DNA from: Paludibacteraceae bacterium
GTDB lineage: Bacteria > Bacteroidota > Bacteroidia > Bacteroidales > Paludibacteraceae
Direction of reading: 5' to 3'
Assembly (NCBI GenBank): GCA_047974405.1
Contig: JBKECI010000072.1
Location: forward strand, 35,862-99,861
Length of the DNA: 64,000 bases
Shown here: positions 1 through 9,976 of the stretch, one piece after another
How the letters are laid out: every line of letters starts with the position of its first letter
How positions within the stretch are numbered: the stretch's first letter is position 1
Notes under the pieces: generated by a model
Database searches by the model: none
The model's input: only the letters and a program-made list of their open reading frames with translations
What the model was told of the DNA's origin: nothing
Position numbers and translations under genes: made by a program

Positions 1-3000
1 ATAACCGTAATCGTTATTTATTCTGAAGTCTCCACCACCACTGCCACCGGCAATTCCGATAGTACCTTCAAAACCAGACCAGTCGCCTCTGAATTCGGAG
101 CGCACGTAAGGAATATTGATGTTGATTGTCCCTTTCCCTGTTAGTTTGTTAGTAAAATTCCATCGCATAGGAACATTCCATGTGGCTGTTTTGCCTTCGG
201 GTACATCTATTGCGTTGGCAAATGGCCCGACAGTACTTGTGCTGTTGGCATCACGCATTTGGAGTGTACCCCCTTCGAGCGATATTGATGCCGAACCCAA
301 AGCGGTAGTATTGGCCTCGACAGAGCCTAAAGCCAAGGTGCCACTTTTTACGATTATTTTACTGAATGAGTTGGTTCCCTGCAAATTCAAAGCTCCTGCC
401 CCTGTCAATTCCAGCGTGATATTGCTACCGATAATGTTACCGCCAATCATGATGCTGTTGGTGCTTGTCGGGTTATTTACGGTAAGTTTGCCTACTACTG
501 TCATATGTCGTGTGGTAGCCATCTGCGATGCTGTTTGCAGAGTAGCGTTACGCATAATCCAGTTAGATGCCGTCCCTTCTGATTTTCCGATAGAGCTGGG
601 TAAGCCGCCGTCTTTGATAGACGAAACTTCGAGTATCCCATCTGAAAAATCCACAGCTCCCGTGAATGTGTTTTCTTCGGTGAGCAGCGACAGTTTTCCC
701 GTACCTGTTTTTATTAAGCCTCCGCTACCGCTGATTATTCCTTCGCCACTTATTTTGTAATCGGTATCGTTGGTAAAACTGATTCCTTTCACGGGTAAAG
801 TTTCGTTTATAACGATATTTTTGTTGGTTGCAGCATCGGTAAAAAGAATGGAATCGTTCGGTACAAAAATATCTTCAACCGAAGTTTTCAGAAAGTTTTT
901 GGTTTCATAGTCCCAAGTAGAGTTTACATTGCCGTTCCACGATATCACATCCGCCTGACGAGGTGTGGATACAATCAATTTTATAGCGTTCAGTTCGAAA
1001 TTTAACGAATAAACGACACCTTCAAGCCCATGCACTTTGAAATTACTTTTTGAGGCGTTTGTTGTTCCGGTAAACGTAACAAGGGTCATTTCACCTGCTT
1101 GAATAGGTGAGTGAGGTTTGATTACGATACTGTGATTGGTATTGGTAACATTAAAATCTCCCTGAATAACTAATTTGTCGGAAAACTCCGGTTTGGTTTG
1201 GTCAATATCAAAAGCCAAATTGTTCCGTCCGGGTAGATTCAGATTTCCGGAAATAGTCAAGGTGCCGAGTTCTGTTCCATTTCCCGGCTCAATGCGTCCT
1301 CCCTCAATATTCAATCCGGTTTCGAGAGTTATCCCTCCGTTGAGAGTAGCATTTCCACCAATTACACCCCGTGCGTCAAGTCGAATTTTTCCTGCCAATG
1401 TTCCGTTTACCAATAACCGTCCTTCCGATATACGGGTAATACCCGTAAAATCATGGTTCCCGTTGAGTATCACGTCTCCCTGCATAGATTTGACAATATC
1501 CATATTTCCAGTAAATTTACCAGCTCCTCCTATTGTATAGTTGTGTCCTTTCGGATTCATTAACCACAGACGACTTAGGGATGTATTGTTTGCAATTGTA
1601 ATATCACCGTTGGGATTTCGAATGTCAAGCATTACGCTTTTCCCATCGTGTAACGGTGCTTGGATGCTATTTTCGGAAACAAGATATACATCGGCGGTTT
1701 GTATGGGAGCTACCGGAGGCAATGGCATATCGTTTGCCATATAGAAATCAACATCGGCAGTTTCGTAGTATCCTCGATGGGTAGTTTGAATACGATATGC
1801 GGGATTTTGCATCAGGCAATATTGGCGGTGGGTGGTATAGGCATCGGTTGCCATAATAACAAAACCGGTAGTGTCTCTACGTGCGTAAATCAACTCTTCG
1901 CGCCAGTCGCCAAGTAAATCACCCCAGAATGCTCCGCGTCCACCGTTGGGCGCTGATACATAATAATCTTTTGGTGCACCGCTTACATCCATTTTGTAGA
2001 GATTTTTACTACGAACCATTGATTTAGAACCGGGGTCGAAAGCTTCAATAACCGGATTTTTGTCGCTCCCTACGGCATCGGCTTCGTTTCTCGACAAGCC
2101 GGCTCCCCACCACAATGCCTCTCCGGGAAAACTTCCTTTCGAATCGGTAAGTTTACCCTTACTGTCGTACATAGCGTTGCTTGCCATAGTCGAGAAGTAT
2201 TGCAAACCACGCAGTGAAGGGTCAAATGCTCCGGTAATTCCGCGCCCTACATCGGCTACTGCCGACAGGTAGTTTGCTTTAATAATTTCACCTGTGAGAG
2301 CATCGTTTATTCCCATTCCCAAAATATTGGTTTGTTGTATAAAGAAATGTTCTAAACCAGGTCTGTCAGGATCTATATCGGTAACGCAATGGCGGTCGCC
2401 GTGTGCAATATTGGGAATAATGTTTAGCAAAGAGCCGTCGTCGTCGATGGTGTAGCTGATTTGTACAAGTTCGTCTTTGCCGTCTCCATCAGCATCAACT
2501 GCACGAAACTGATGCGATTCGTACTCGGTATCTTCTCTGTGATAGCGTCGCGCCCAGTTTTTCACTAATTTTCCGCCTATCAACCGCCACGTTTCGGTTC
2601 CACCCACAAAGTGTCCGGTTGCTTTACGCGTTTTGTATTGATATACTACCGATGGGTGTATACCATCTAAATATTGAATGATAAATTGTCCGCTGATTGC
2701 TTTCCATTTGTCGGTGCGGTCAGATTTTATTTCGTCAAACAACGATAGCGACACGGTGTCAATCAAATTTCCGGTTTCGCCGTTGAGTACGGCAATCCAC
2801 TGAGGTGCCGATCCGGCAACGGAATTGTAATCATGTACGGTACCATCGGCATTTTTAATTACAGTACCATCGGGAAAGGTAGTCCCTTCGCTTACAGCCA
2901 TCATTACTTCGGCTTTGTTATCTCCATCCAAATCGTAAACAGAAACCATATCAGCCTGCCCGGAGCCAATAATTACATTTACACCGGCATTTACACGCCA

Positions 3001-3582
3001 TTTGAAAGTCCCGTTGCTATTATAAGCATCAATAAAAACAGGCAAAGTAGTACTGGTGTTATCTTCTTCGGTTTCGATAACGCCTCCGGGATGTCTGTCA
3101 ATTACATAGTCGTATTGTCCGTCGCCATCTAAATCTCCGGGCCAACAAAATTTCATTGTCATTTTGGTATATCCAGCCGGAGATGGTTCAAAATTAAAAT
3201 CGCGTACGATGGCACCTGCCGACTTATTTGCAGGCAGTATCCACGAACCTCCTTCATCGCCTTCCACACCATTTAATATCGGTTTTACGATAAAGCGAGA
3301 TTGCACACTCAAAGCGGTGCCAGTTACCGTCCAAAGGTAATTGGTAGCGCCCGTGATGGGCTCGGCATTTAGTTTTACGGGAGTAGCAATGCCTATTTGC
3401 CTGTAGATATTGAACGAGATATCTTCGGGGTCGGTAGCAAAATATCGCCACGATATAAGTAATTGGTTGCCACCCTTGTTTACAACCAATACGCCTCGGT
3501 CTAACTTTTCGGTTATCCGTTGGGCGTTTAGTATTGAAGTGGCAAGCAATGCAAAAAAGAGAAAAAGAATAGATTTTTTCAT
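1..3582 (-). CDS. Large secreted FG-GAP/beta-propeller protein (PL11 rhamnogalacturonan-lyase-like N-terminal region) with C-terminal autotransporter-associated beta-strand (PATR-like) Gly-rich repeats; C-terminus lies beyond the window edge
   Basis: Absent from the ORF track because it has no stop codon inside the window. Reverse-complement translation from the ATG at 3580-3582 gives a signal peptide MKKSILFLFFALLATSILNAQ, then repeated Ca-binding-like motifs (DLDGDGQYDY, DLDGDNKAEV, DADGDGKDEL), then repeated units of the form L-x-K-x-G-x-G-x-L-x-L-x-x-x-N-T-F-T-G. The plus-strand ORFs at 116-1917 are antisense fragments. No minus-strand ORFs with stops are listed across 1-3250, consistent with one continuous frame. 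Confidence 0.55.
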   Translation of the reverse strand, partial: MKKSILFLFFALLATSILNAQRITEKLDRGVLVVNKGGNQLLISWRYFATDPEDISFNIYRQIGIATPVKLNAEPITGATNYLWTVTGTALSVQSRFIVKPILNGVEGDEGGSWILPANKSAGAIVRDFNFEPSPAGYTKMTMKFCWPGDLDGDGQYDYVIDRHPGGVIETEEDNTSTTLPVFIDAYNSNGTFKWRVNAGVNVIIGSGQADMVSVYDLDGDNKAEVMMAVSEGTTFPDGTVIKNADGTVHDYNSVAGSAPQWIAVLNGETGNLIDTVSLSLFDEIKSDRTDKWKAISGQFIIQYLDGIHPSVVYQYKTRKATGHFVGGTETWRLIGGKLVKNWARRYHREDTEYESHQFRAVDADGDGKDELVQISYTIDDDGSLLNIIPNIAHGDRHCVTDIDPDRPGLEHFFIQQTNILGMGINDALTGEIIKANYLSAVADVGRGITGAFDPSLRGLQYFSTMASNAMYDSKGKLTDSKGSFPGEALWWGAGLSRNEADAVGSDKNPVIEAFDPGSKSMVRSKNLYKMDVSGAPKDYYVSAPNGGRGAFWGDLLGDWREELIYARRDTTGFVIMATDAYTTHRQYCLMQNPAYRIQTTHRGYYETADVDFYMANDMPLPPVAPIQTADVYLVSENSIQAPLHDGKSVMLDIRNPNGDITIANNTSLSRLWLMNPKGHNYTIGGAGKFTGNMDIVKSMQGDVILNGNHDFTGITRISEGRLLVNGTLAGKIRLDARGVIGGNATLNGGITLETGLNIEGGRIEPGNGTELGTLTISGNLNLPGRNNLAFDIDQTKPEFSDKLVIQGDFNVTNTNHSIVIKPHSPIQAGEMTLVTFTGTTNASKSNFKVHGLEGVVYSLNFELNAIKLIVSTPRQADVISWNGNVNSTWDYETKNFLKTSVEDIFVPNDSILFTDAATNKNIVINETLPVKGISFTNDTDYKISGEGIISGSGGLIKTGTGKLSLLTEENTFTGAVDFSDGILEVSSIKDGGLPSSIGKSEGTASNWIMRNATLQTASQMATTRHMTVVGKLTVNNPTSTNSIMIGGNIIGSNITLELTGAGALNLQGTNSFSKIIVKSGTLALGSVEANTTALGSASISLEGGTLQMRDANSTSTVGPFANAIDVPEGKTATWNVPMRWNFTNKLTGKGTININIPYVRSEFRGDWSGFEGTIGIAGGSGGGDFRINNDYGY

Positions 3583-3880
3583 GACATAAATGTTTTGTGT
3601 TTTTTTTGTGGTAATTAAGTGGTATTATTCCTAATAAAAATATATGTTGTTGGTTTTGAAACTCGTTTGAAACAAACTATTTTTTAAACAGATTAATTTT
3701 GCAAATATACTTGTTGATAGAAATAATGAAAGGCAAAAAATGATTTAATTACTGTGAGTTTTGATATGCAACAGGTTTTTTGCAGCTTTTAAGCGATGCT
3801 TTTATGAAAAATTACCGTTTGTCTAAGGGGGGGTAGGACGAAAGAATGGTATGAAAGTGTGCTTTTGAAGATAAATTATT

Positions 3881-5257
3881 CTATTTTCTCGATTTATTCA
3901 TATACTGTTGGTAGGTATCCATCACAAAAGGGACGTAGCGTAAGGTCTCTTTGGGGCGAAAAAAACCGTATTTTACCACCGGGTCATTATAGTATTCGGG
4001 GTCATTTTTTTTTGAGAGATAATATTCTACATTATTGTACCAAATATATTTATTTTTTCCATATTTTTCGGCTAATGCCATTGCATCTATAATGTGTGCC
4101 GGTCCCGAGTTGTAGCTGGCAAGTATAAATTTGATTCGTTCTTCTTTATCTTCTATCCGGCGGTAAATCATATTTAAGCTTTTGATATATTCTGCGCCGG
4201 CGGCAATATTGCTTTCGGGATCGGTAAAGTTACTTTCATTCAAGCCAAATTCTCTACCTGTCTGAGGCATAAGTTGCATAATTCCTTTTGCTCCCGCCCA
4301 TGAGGTTGCATTTTTGTTAAATTCGGATTCGGCATACCCTACTGCTGCCAGTAGCCGCCAATCCCACCCGATAATAGAAGAGTATTTTTTAAAGAATGAA
4401 TCGTAAGGGGAGATGGCTCCTTTGGGGGTATGGAGATTTTTATAGGAGAAATAAGGGTTTTTGTCCCAATATTTTGTATATAGCTTTTCGGTAAAATTTA
4501 CCGTAGATTTTTGGGCAAGCCAATAACGGATGGTGTCGGTAAGTGTTTGATTAGTTTTACGAACAAGCCAACCATTTTGTTGATTGAAACCGATGGGGAT
4601 TCTGCAATCTAAGCGACTGTCGAAGTTTTGCTGGAGCAATGCTTTGTGCCGGTAAGCGATGGTGTATTTAATTTTTTTGTCGCTGACCATTTGCATCAGG
4701 TCGTCGGTACTCAAAGAGTCTGCTGCCAGTTTTATAGCGATTCCTCCACCAATTTCTTCATTGAGTTTTTGCAGGCGTAGGTGATGTACGGTATTCTCTT
4801 TTACCCATACCTCTTTCCCTACTAATTCCAATGGATTGCTTACCGCGTATCTGTCAATGTGTTGTACAATGACTAAGTATGACTCTTGTTGGGGAAAAAC
4901 AAAGTTAAAGTTGTTTTTCAGTTCTTTGGTCTCGAACATGTTATACGCCGCTATCTCCACTATCCCATGTTGGAGCCACGCAATCATTTCATTGTCGTTT
5001 TTTGCTACAAGTACTTTCATCGGGAGGTGTAAAAAAGAGGCAAAGTTTTTTATCATTTCATAGTCAAACCCCATAGTAATGTCGCTGTAATAGAAGTAGG
5101 AGGTGGCTCCGTATTGTGTTGCTATACGCAGCGTATCTTGAGGAATTGTTTCGGTGTTCTTAGTTCCAATTTCGTTTGAACTTTGGTTAAGGTTTTTACA
5201 GCCGCTTGTCAGGACGCTCAAAAGGACAAAAATCAATGTATGCCTCAAATCTATCAT
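3881..5257 (-). CDS. mltF: Membrane-bound lytic murein transglycosylase F-like lipoprotein (periplasmic solute-binding domain + SLT lytic transglycosylase domain)
   Basis: Lipobox LTSGC at the N-terminus. The N-terminal half resembles type-3 periplasmic substrate-binding domains. The C-terminal half carries the SLT catalytic region (ESEFNKNATSWAGAKGIMQLMPQTG ... YNSGPAHI). Confidence 0.75.
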   Translation of the reverse strand: MIDLRHTLIFVLLSVLTSGCKNLNQSSNEIGTKNTETIPQDTLRIATQYGATSYFYYSDITMGFDYEMIKNFASFLHLPMKVLVAKNDNEMIAWLQHGIVEIAAYNMFETKELKNNFNFVFPQQESYLVIVQHIDRYAVSNPLELVGKEVWVKENTVHHLRLQKLNEEIGGGIAIKLAADSLSTDDLMQMVSDKKIKYTIAYRHKALLQQNFDSRLDCRIPIGFNQQNGWLVRKTNQTLTDTIRYWLAQKSTVNFTEKLYTKYWDKNPYFSYKNLHTPKGAISPYDSFFKKYSSIIGWDWRLLAAVGYAESEFNKNATSWAGAKGIMQLMPQTGREFGLNESNFTDPESNIAAGAEYIKSLNMIYRRIEDKEERIKFILASYNSGPAHIIDAMALAEKYGKNKYIWYNNVEYYLSKKNDPEYYNDPVVKYGFFRPKETLRYVPFVMDTYQQYMNKSRK

Positions 5258-5272
5258 TTAGATACAATATTT

Positions 5273-6010
5273 TTAGACGTGATGTATGTTTTCCGACTTA
5301 ATTAGAGAAAGGTTGTTCATTTTCAACCATACTTGTGCGGTAGCGACCACGTCTTTTTCGCAATACCGGGATATTCTCTCCAGATTTTTTTCTTTGTAAT
5401 ATACGTCTGCCACTTGTGAGCCGTCAATATCGTCTTTTGGGGTAGGGATTTCAAAAATGGTTGCCAGAAGCTTAAGGGATGTAAAATTTTTATAGTCACC
5501 GAATTTCCAATAATCCATTGTATCGATAAAATTTAATTCCCAAGGTTTCTTGTTGTGGATTTGAAGAGCCGGTGGAAGCTGCAGTCCGTTTATCAACATA
5601 CGCCTGCAAATGAACGGGATATCAAATTCTTTGATATTATGTCCGCAAAATGTATATTCCGGTGTTTTGAAAAATTGCTGTACTAATAACGAAAAATTTT
5701 CCAAAAGCAGACGTTCATTGTCTGAAACAAAAGATTTTGTCCGAAACTGTTTTATTCCTCCATTAAAATAAATATATCCTACCGATATGCAGACAATTTT
5801 TCCGAATTCGGCATAAATACCTGCGCTTGTTTCGTAACCTCTATCGGCTCTCAAAATATCTTCGTACTTTTCCGGCATCCTTTTTTGTAAGATTGTAAAT
5901 TTATCTTCCCAAAGATGTTGTATCTCTTCCGGTAATTGATTGAAGTATTCGGTTTGGGGAACAGTTTCGATATCAATAAATAATGTTTGTTGCAATTTGT
6001 CGGGAGTCAT
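5273..6010 (-). CDS. RNase H-like fold DEDDy-type 3'-5' exonuclease (PolB exonuclease-domain-related, YprB-like)
   Basis: ExoI motif FIDIETVP, ExoII motif GHNIKEFDIPFI and ExoIII motif YCEKDVVAT are present in the expected order. Confidence 0.65.
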   Translation of the reverse strand: MTPDKLQQTLFIDIETVPQTEYFNQLPEEIQHLWEDKFTILQKRMPEKYEDILRADRGYETSAGIYAEFGKIVCISVGYIYFNGGIKQFRTKSFVSDNERLLLENFSLLVQQFFKTPEYTFCGHNIKEFDIPFICRRMLINGLQLPPALQIHNKKPWELNFIDTMDYWKFGDYKNFTSLKLLATIFEIPTPKDDIDGSQVADVYYKEKNLERISRYCEKDVVATAQVWLKMNNLSLIKSENIHHV

Positions 6011-6061
6011 TTCGGGGTGTAAAGAATGTGTGTTTTCAAGTAAATATATAAAAAAGGTTTG

Positions 6062-6670
6062 TCAGCCAAGTCTATTCTCAATGTATTTTGTCAAGATGTC
6101 GATTGCAATGCTGTTGTTCCCTCCTTGCGGAACTATTAGGTCGGCAAAACGTTTGGTGGGTTCGATAAACTGTACGTGCATCGGTTTGACGGTTTGTTCG
6201 TACCGCTCCATCACTTTATTTACAGAACGTCCCCGTTCCACAATGTCTCTGTTGATAACGCGTATCAACCTGTCATCGGCATCGGCATCTACATATACCT
6301 TTAAGTCGAGCATTTTTCGGAGTTTTGTGCTGGTCAGTATCAAAATTCCTTCAACTATTATCACTTTGCAAGGCTTTACGGGTATTGTTTCTACTGCCCG
6401 TGTGCAGGTAAGGTAGGAGTAAATGGGTTGTTCTATATTGTTTCCTTTTTTCAATTCGTCTAAATGTTTTATCAGTAATTCCCATTCTATTGATTCGGGG
6501 TGGTCAAAATTTATCTCCAGTCGCTCTTCAAGTGGCAGGTGGCTGCTGTCTTTGTAGTACGAGTCTTGTGAAAGTACCACCACTTCTCCGTCCGATATTC
6601 GTTCCAAAATTTTTCTGACTACGGTTGTTTTACCGGATCCTGTCCCGCCTGCAATGCCAATTGTCAACAT
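6062..6670 (-). CDS. udk: Uridine kinase
   Basis: P-loop GIAGGTGSGKTT at the N-terminus. Length (202 aa) and the downstream DSYYKD / ...FDHP... motifs are typical of Udk. Confidence 0.85.
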   Translation of the reverse strand: MLTIGIAGGTGSGKTTVVRKILERISDGEVVVLSQDSYYKDSSHLPLEERLEINFDHPESIEWELLIKHLDELKKGNNIEQPIYSYLTCTRAVETIPVKPCKVIIVEGILILTSTKLRKMLDLKVYVDADADDRLIRVINRDIVERGRSVNKVMERYEQTVKPMHVQFIEPTKRFADLIVPQGGNNSIAIDILTKYIENRLG

Positions 6671-6977
6671 ATGTTTCCTTATTGTTTAATTTGAGCCACT
6701 AAAGTAGCAATAATATTTTAACGGACATATTTTTTTTGAAAAAACTATTTTGCAAAATATATTTATGTCAAAAATACTCAATTTATTAAGAGTATCTAAG
6801 TTTATACAATAAACTTAAGTTGTCTATAGAAAGCAAATAGGGAATAAAAAGTATCTAAAGGCGGATTTTTTGTGATTTGGAGATAATTTAACCCTTATAC
6901 TGTCATTGGGAGAAGAAAAACGGTAACAAACGGCGCTCTTTTGAGGAGGGAGATTCTGATTTTTAAAGAAATATGAA

Positions 6978-7027
6978 AAAACACAGACTTTGTTTGTTCC
7001 GACAGGAAAGTCTGTGTTTTTATTTTG
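6978..7027 (-). terminator. Rho-independent (bidirectional) terminator downstream of the alpha-amylase gene
   Basis: Inverted repeat ACACAGACTTT / AAAGTCTGTGT with a 15-nt loop, flanked by an A-tract on one side and a T-tract on the other. It sits immediately 3' of the amylase stop. Confidence 0.55.
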
Positions 7028-7048
7028 AGAAAACCATTTTTTCTTCGA

Positions 7049-9688
7049 TTATAGCGTTGTTTTTTTTCCTGCCACAATGTAAGTTCCTTTCATCAACCCT
7101 GCAAGGGTGTTGATGCCTTTGGATATTTGTATATGTTTTATCAATGCTCCATTAATGGAGAAGATAGGGAGGATTGTTTCTCTGTTTGATTCTATTACAA
7201 TGTCGTGGTTTGATTTATAAACTTTTATCCCGTTATATAATTCGTACAAATAATTTATTGCGGTGCTGGCTTCGATTATGCGCTCCAGCCCGTCCACCTT
7301 GTAATAACCTCCGTTGGTAAAATTCAAGTCTTGAGTTTGAGGACTTCCGTTGTTGTTGAAAATAATCTTTGTAGGCATATTTCCGGTGGGGAGTACGCCA
7401 TAATCCCAGCGCCATATTTTATTTCCGTTCGCAGTTGTCCCCATGAGTTCGGCTGCCGCTCCGGGCCAGTTTCCTCCCGTGAAGTTGGTGGTGCTATTCC
7501 AGCACCATACCTTTACACTGTTGTATCCGCTTGCCGGTGCTTCGAAAAATACGGTCATATTATCGCTACTGTAAGACGGATTGTATATATTGCCTGGCTC
7601 AACGGGAGGCGTGGTGGCATCTTCGAGGATTTCTTGGTTGCCATCGTAAGTCAATTCGGTAACGGTAACCGGAGATGAGGTGTACAGATATTTTCCGTCA
7701 TTCCCTACTTTGCCCGGCGCCGGCGTTTTTGAGGTACTCAGCACATAAATTCTCATATTTGCAACTCCGGAGCAGTCGGCGTTGAGCGTACTGTTGCTTA
7801 CGGTTATGGTGTTTCCTGTAACGGCGTCTGTGTATGTGCCGTTTTCGATATCAGAAAAGGTGGCACCTCCTCCGATAGTAACAAGTACGTAACTATCCGT
7901 ACTTGAATCGGTGTATCTTCTTTTAAAAGCCATGTCGCCGTTGCAGCCCGCAGTGCTGTATTGCCCCTTGCGCAATGCCGGAATTGCCATGCGTATTTTG
8001 TTCAACCGCTGGATATGCAACGAGAGTGGGTGTGAAAGCGTAGCAGCAATATTTCCGCTTGCATTGGTATAGTCCGCAAAATCATTGACCTTGATGTTAC
8101 CTGTGATATATCCTCCGAAATATGCCCTTCCGCTTTCGCGTAGTGGCATGTTTGGACCTTTATCTATAATACACCCTTTTTTAAATTCGATTTCGCTTCC
8201 GTAGTAAATACAGGGAATACCCCTAAAAGTAAACATAAGAGCTAGATTTTTTGCCCACGTTTCTTGTGATTTTGCAAATCGCTGACTTTCCGGGGCTCCG
8301 TCAGGCGCATAATCGTGAGAGTCAACATAAGTTACGTTGAAAGTTGCGTCGTTGTACAATTTATCGTCAAAACGGACTCCATAAGCGCTACCGGTGTTTT
8401 CAAAATTCCAGTGCATAGGGAAATCTATTACGTGCATTTTTGAAGATAGCGAGTAATCGGGAGTATGATAATTATTGCCATCAAGAAACGCGTTGTTGGA
8501 ATTGTGAGAAGATCGCCATGAGGATTCGTCCAAGTCGTCGTTGTAGTTCTGAATGCAGGATTTTTGGTTGGTTGTTGTTGTAAAACCTTCGGTGCCGGTC
8601 ATACAAACCAATGATGTCCACTCCGATTGGTCGTTGCTCCACGCGTAGTTTTTTGTGTCTGCCCAAGTGTAGTAGGGGGTGGACATAGGAGGAGTGTTTC
8701 GGTAAATGACGTTTCGATCGCGGGTACAAACTTCGCCGAACATAAAAAAGTTGGATTTGCCGGCGCTGTTTGCTGCCTGTAAAAATGCCGGATTAAAAAC
8801 TTTGTTGAAGACCAAACGGTTTATGTGACGTTCGGTATCTACCCTGAATCCATCAACGCCCATATTGATAAATTGGGTGTAGCATTGAATCAGGTAATTG
8901 TAAACCAGTGGATTTTCGGTGTTTAAATCAACACAATCGCCCGCTATCTGTGCCCATTGGCAGGTGATGTCGTCCCAATTGAAGTTCCCGTAGTGGTGCC
9001 ACAAATTTTTGTTGTCATGATTGACTCCATCGGTGTTTTTCATTAGAGCCAAGCGTGTCGAATATTGCTGTCCGCTTGGTAAGGAGAGGTAATTGTCGGG
9101 TAACAACCCTCCATCCTTTTGGGTGTATGGTGCCATACAGGCTTCCAATTGGCTCTGGTCTGCGGCATAATTTCGGATAAATTCTTTGCACAGATAATTT
9201 TCACCAAAATTTCCTGTATGGTTCAGCACAATGTCGAGTATAATTTTCATCCCTTTGGCATGTACGGCATCTACCAGTGTTTTGAAACTTACGTCTTGTG
9301 ATTCGTATCTGCTGTCCACTTTAGAAAAATCGAGCGTATGATAACCGTGGTAATCGTATCCGGAGGCGTTTTGTACTATCGGGGTAATCCATACCGCCGT
9401 AAAACCGAGTGCCTTGATATAGTCTAATTTTTCGATTAATCCTTTAAAATCGCCCCTCCAAGCAGGGTCGGAGCCAGTGGCGGTTTCGTTGTATTGCTTG
9501 CCGTCCCAGCATTGCACGTCGTTGGTTTTATCTCCATTGTAAAATCGGGTAGTCATCACAAAGTAGATGGACTCATCTCTAAAATCGGTTCTGTTGCCTA
9601 CAAACGAACCGGCTGATATGTTCAAACTATTTAATATAAATAAAAAAATAAGGAGGAGCTTGATAGGTGTTTCTTGAGTACTTTTCAT
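7049..9688 (-). CDS. GH13 family alpha-amylase with extra beta-sandwich domains and a type IX secretion system C-terminal sorting domain
   Basis: GH13 conserved regions are present: GFTAVWITP, DIVLNHT, GFRVDTERH, FGEV and YVDSHDY. There is an N-terminal signal peptide. The last ~80 aa (KVYKSNHDIVIESNRETILPIFSINGALIKHIQISKGINTLAGLMKGTYIVAGKKTTL) resemble a T9SS Por-secretion C-terminal domain (CTD). Confidence 0.8.
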   Translation of the reverse strand: MKSTQETPIKLLLIFLFILNSLNISAGSFVGNRTDFRDESIYFVMTTRFYNGDKTNDVQCWDGKQYNETATGSDPAWRGDFKGLIEKLDYIKALGFTAVWITPIVQNASGYDYHGYHTLDFSKVDSRYESQDVSFKTLVDAVHAKGMKIILDIVLNHTGNFGENYLCKEFIRNYAADQSQLEACMAPYTQKDGGLLPDNYLSLPSGQQYSTRLALMKNTDGVNHDNKNLWHHYGNFNWDDITCQWAQIAGDCVDLNTENPLVYNYLIQCYTQFINMGVDGFRVDTERHINRLVFNKVFNPAFLQAANSAGKSNFFMFGEVCTRDRNVIYRNTPPMSTPYYTWADTKNYAWSNDQSEWTSLVCMTGTEGFTTTTNQKSCIQNYNDDLDESSWRSSHNSNNAFLDGNNYHTPDYSLSSKMHVIDFPMHWNFENTGSAYGVRFDDKLYNDATFNVTYVDSHDYAPDGAPESQRFAKSQETWAKNLALMFTFRGIPCIYYGSEIEFKKGCIIDKGPNMPLRESGRAYFGGYITGNIKVNDFADYTNASGNIAATLSHPLSLHIQRLNKIRMAIPALRKGQYSTAGCNGDMAFKRRYTDSSTDSYVLVTIGGGATFSDIENGTYTDAVTGNTITVSNSTLNADCSGVANMRIYVLSTSKTPAPGKVGNDGKYLYTSSPVTVTELTYDGNQEILEDATTPPVEPGNIYNPSYSSDNMTVFFEAPASGYNSVKVWCWNSTTNFTGGNWPGAAAELMGTTANGNKIWRWDYGVLPTGNMPTKIIFNNNGSPQTQDLNFTNGGYYKVDGLERIIEASTAINYLYELYNGIKVYKSNHDIVIESNRETILPIFSINGALIKHIQISKGINTLAGLMKGTYIVAGKKTTL

Positions 9689-9976
9689 AAATATCGGTTA
9701 ATTAAATTGTAAAATTGTAATGTGTGTTGTTGCAAAATTAATATGTAAATAATCTTTCGATCGATAATATGTGGCAATTTCAGTGATTAATAACACGCAA
9801 TCGTTTGTTGGTTTTTACAAAAATGTGTGTTTTACATTGTTGTTGGTTGGGTACATTTTACTTTGTTTACATTGTAAAAGTTGCATAAAAAGCTTATCTT
9901 TGTGGGGCAACATCACGTGTAAAGTAGATTTATTTTATTTCCATTATTATTTTAGTGTAACGAATGGCGGTTATTT

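Noticed and set aside
116-1917. Several + strand ORFs of 67-214 aa (116-760, 1175-1540, 1541-1744, 1660-1917)
   Set aside because: They lie antisense to the long continuous minus-strand reading frame of the truncated PL11-like gene. Their Pro/Ser/Val/Ile-rich, low-complexity composition is typical of antisense artefacts.
3640-3690. Direct/inverted repeat GTTTGAAAC-tc-GTTTGAAACAAAC in the promoter region of the PL11-like gene
   Set aside because: It is short and AT-rich in an AT-rich intergenic region, so it could easily be chance. It is noted only as a possible regulator-binding site.
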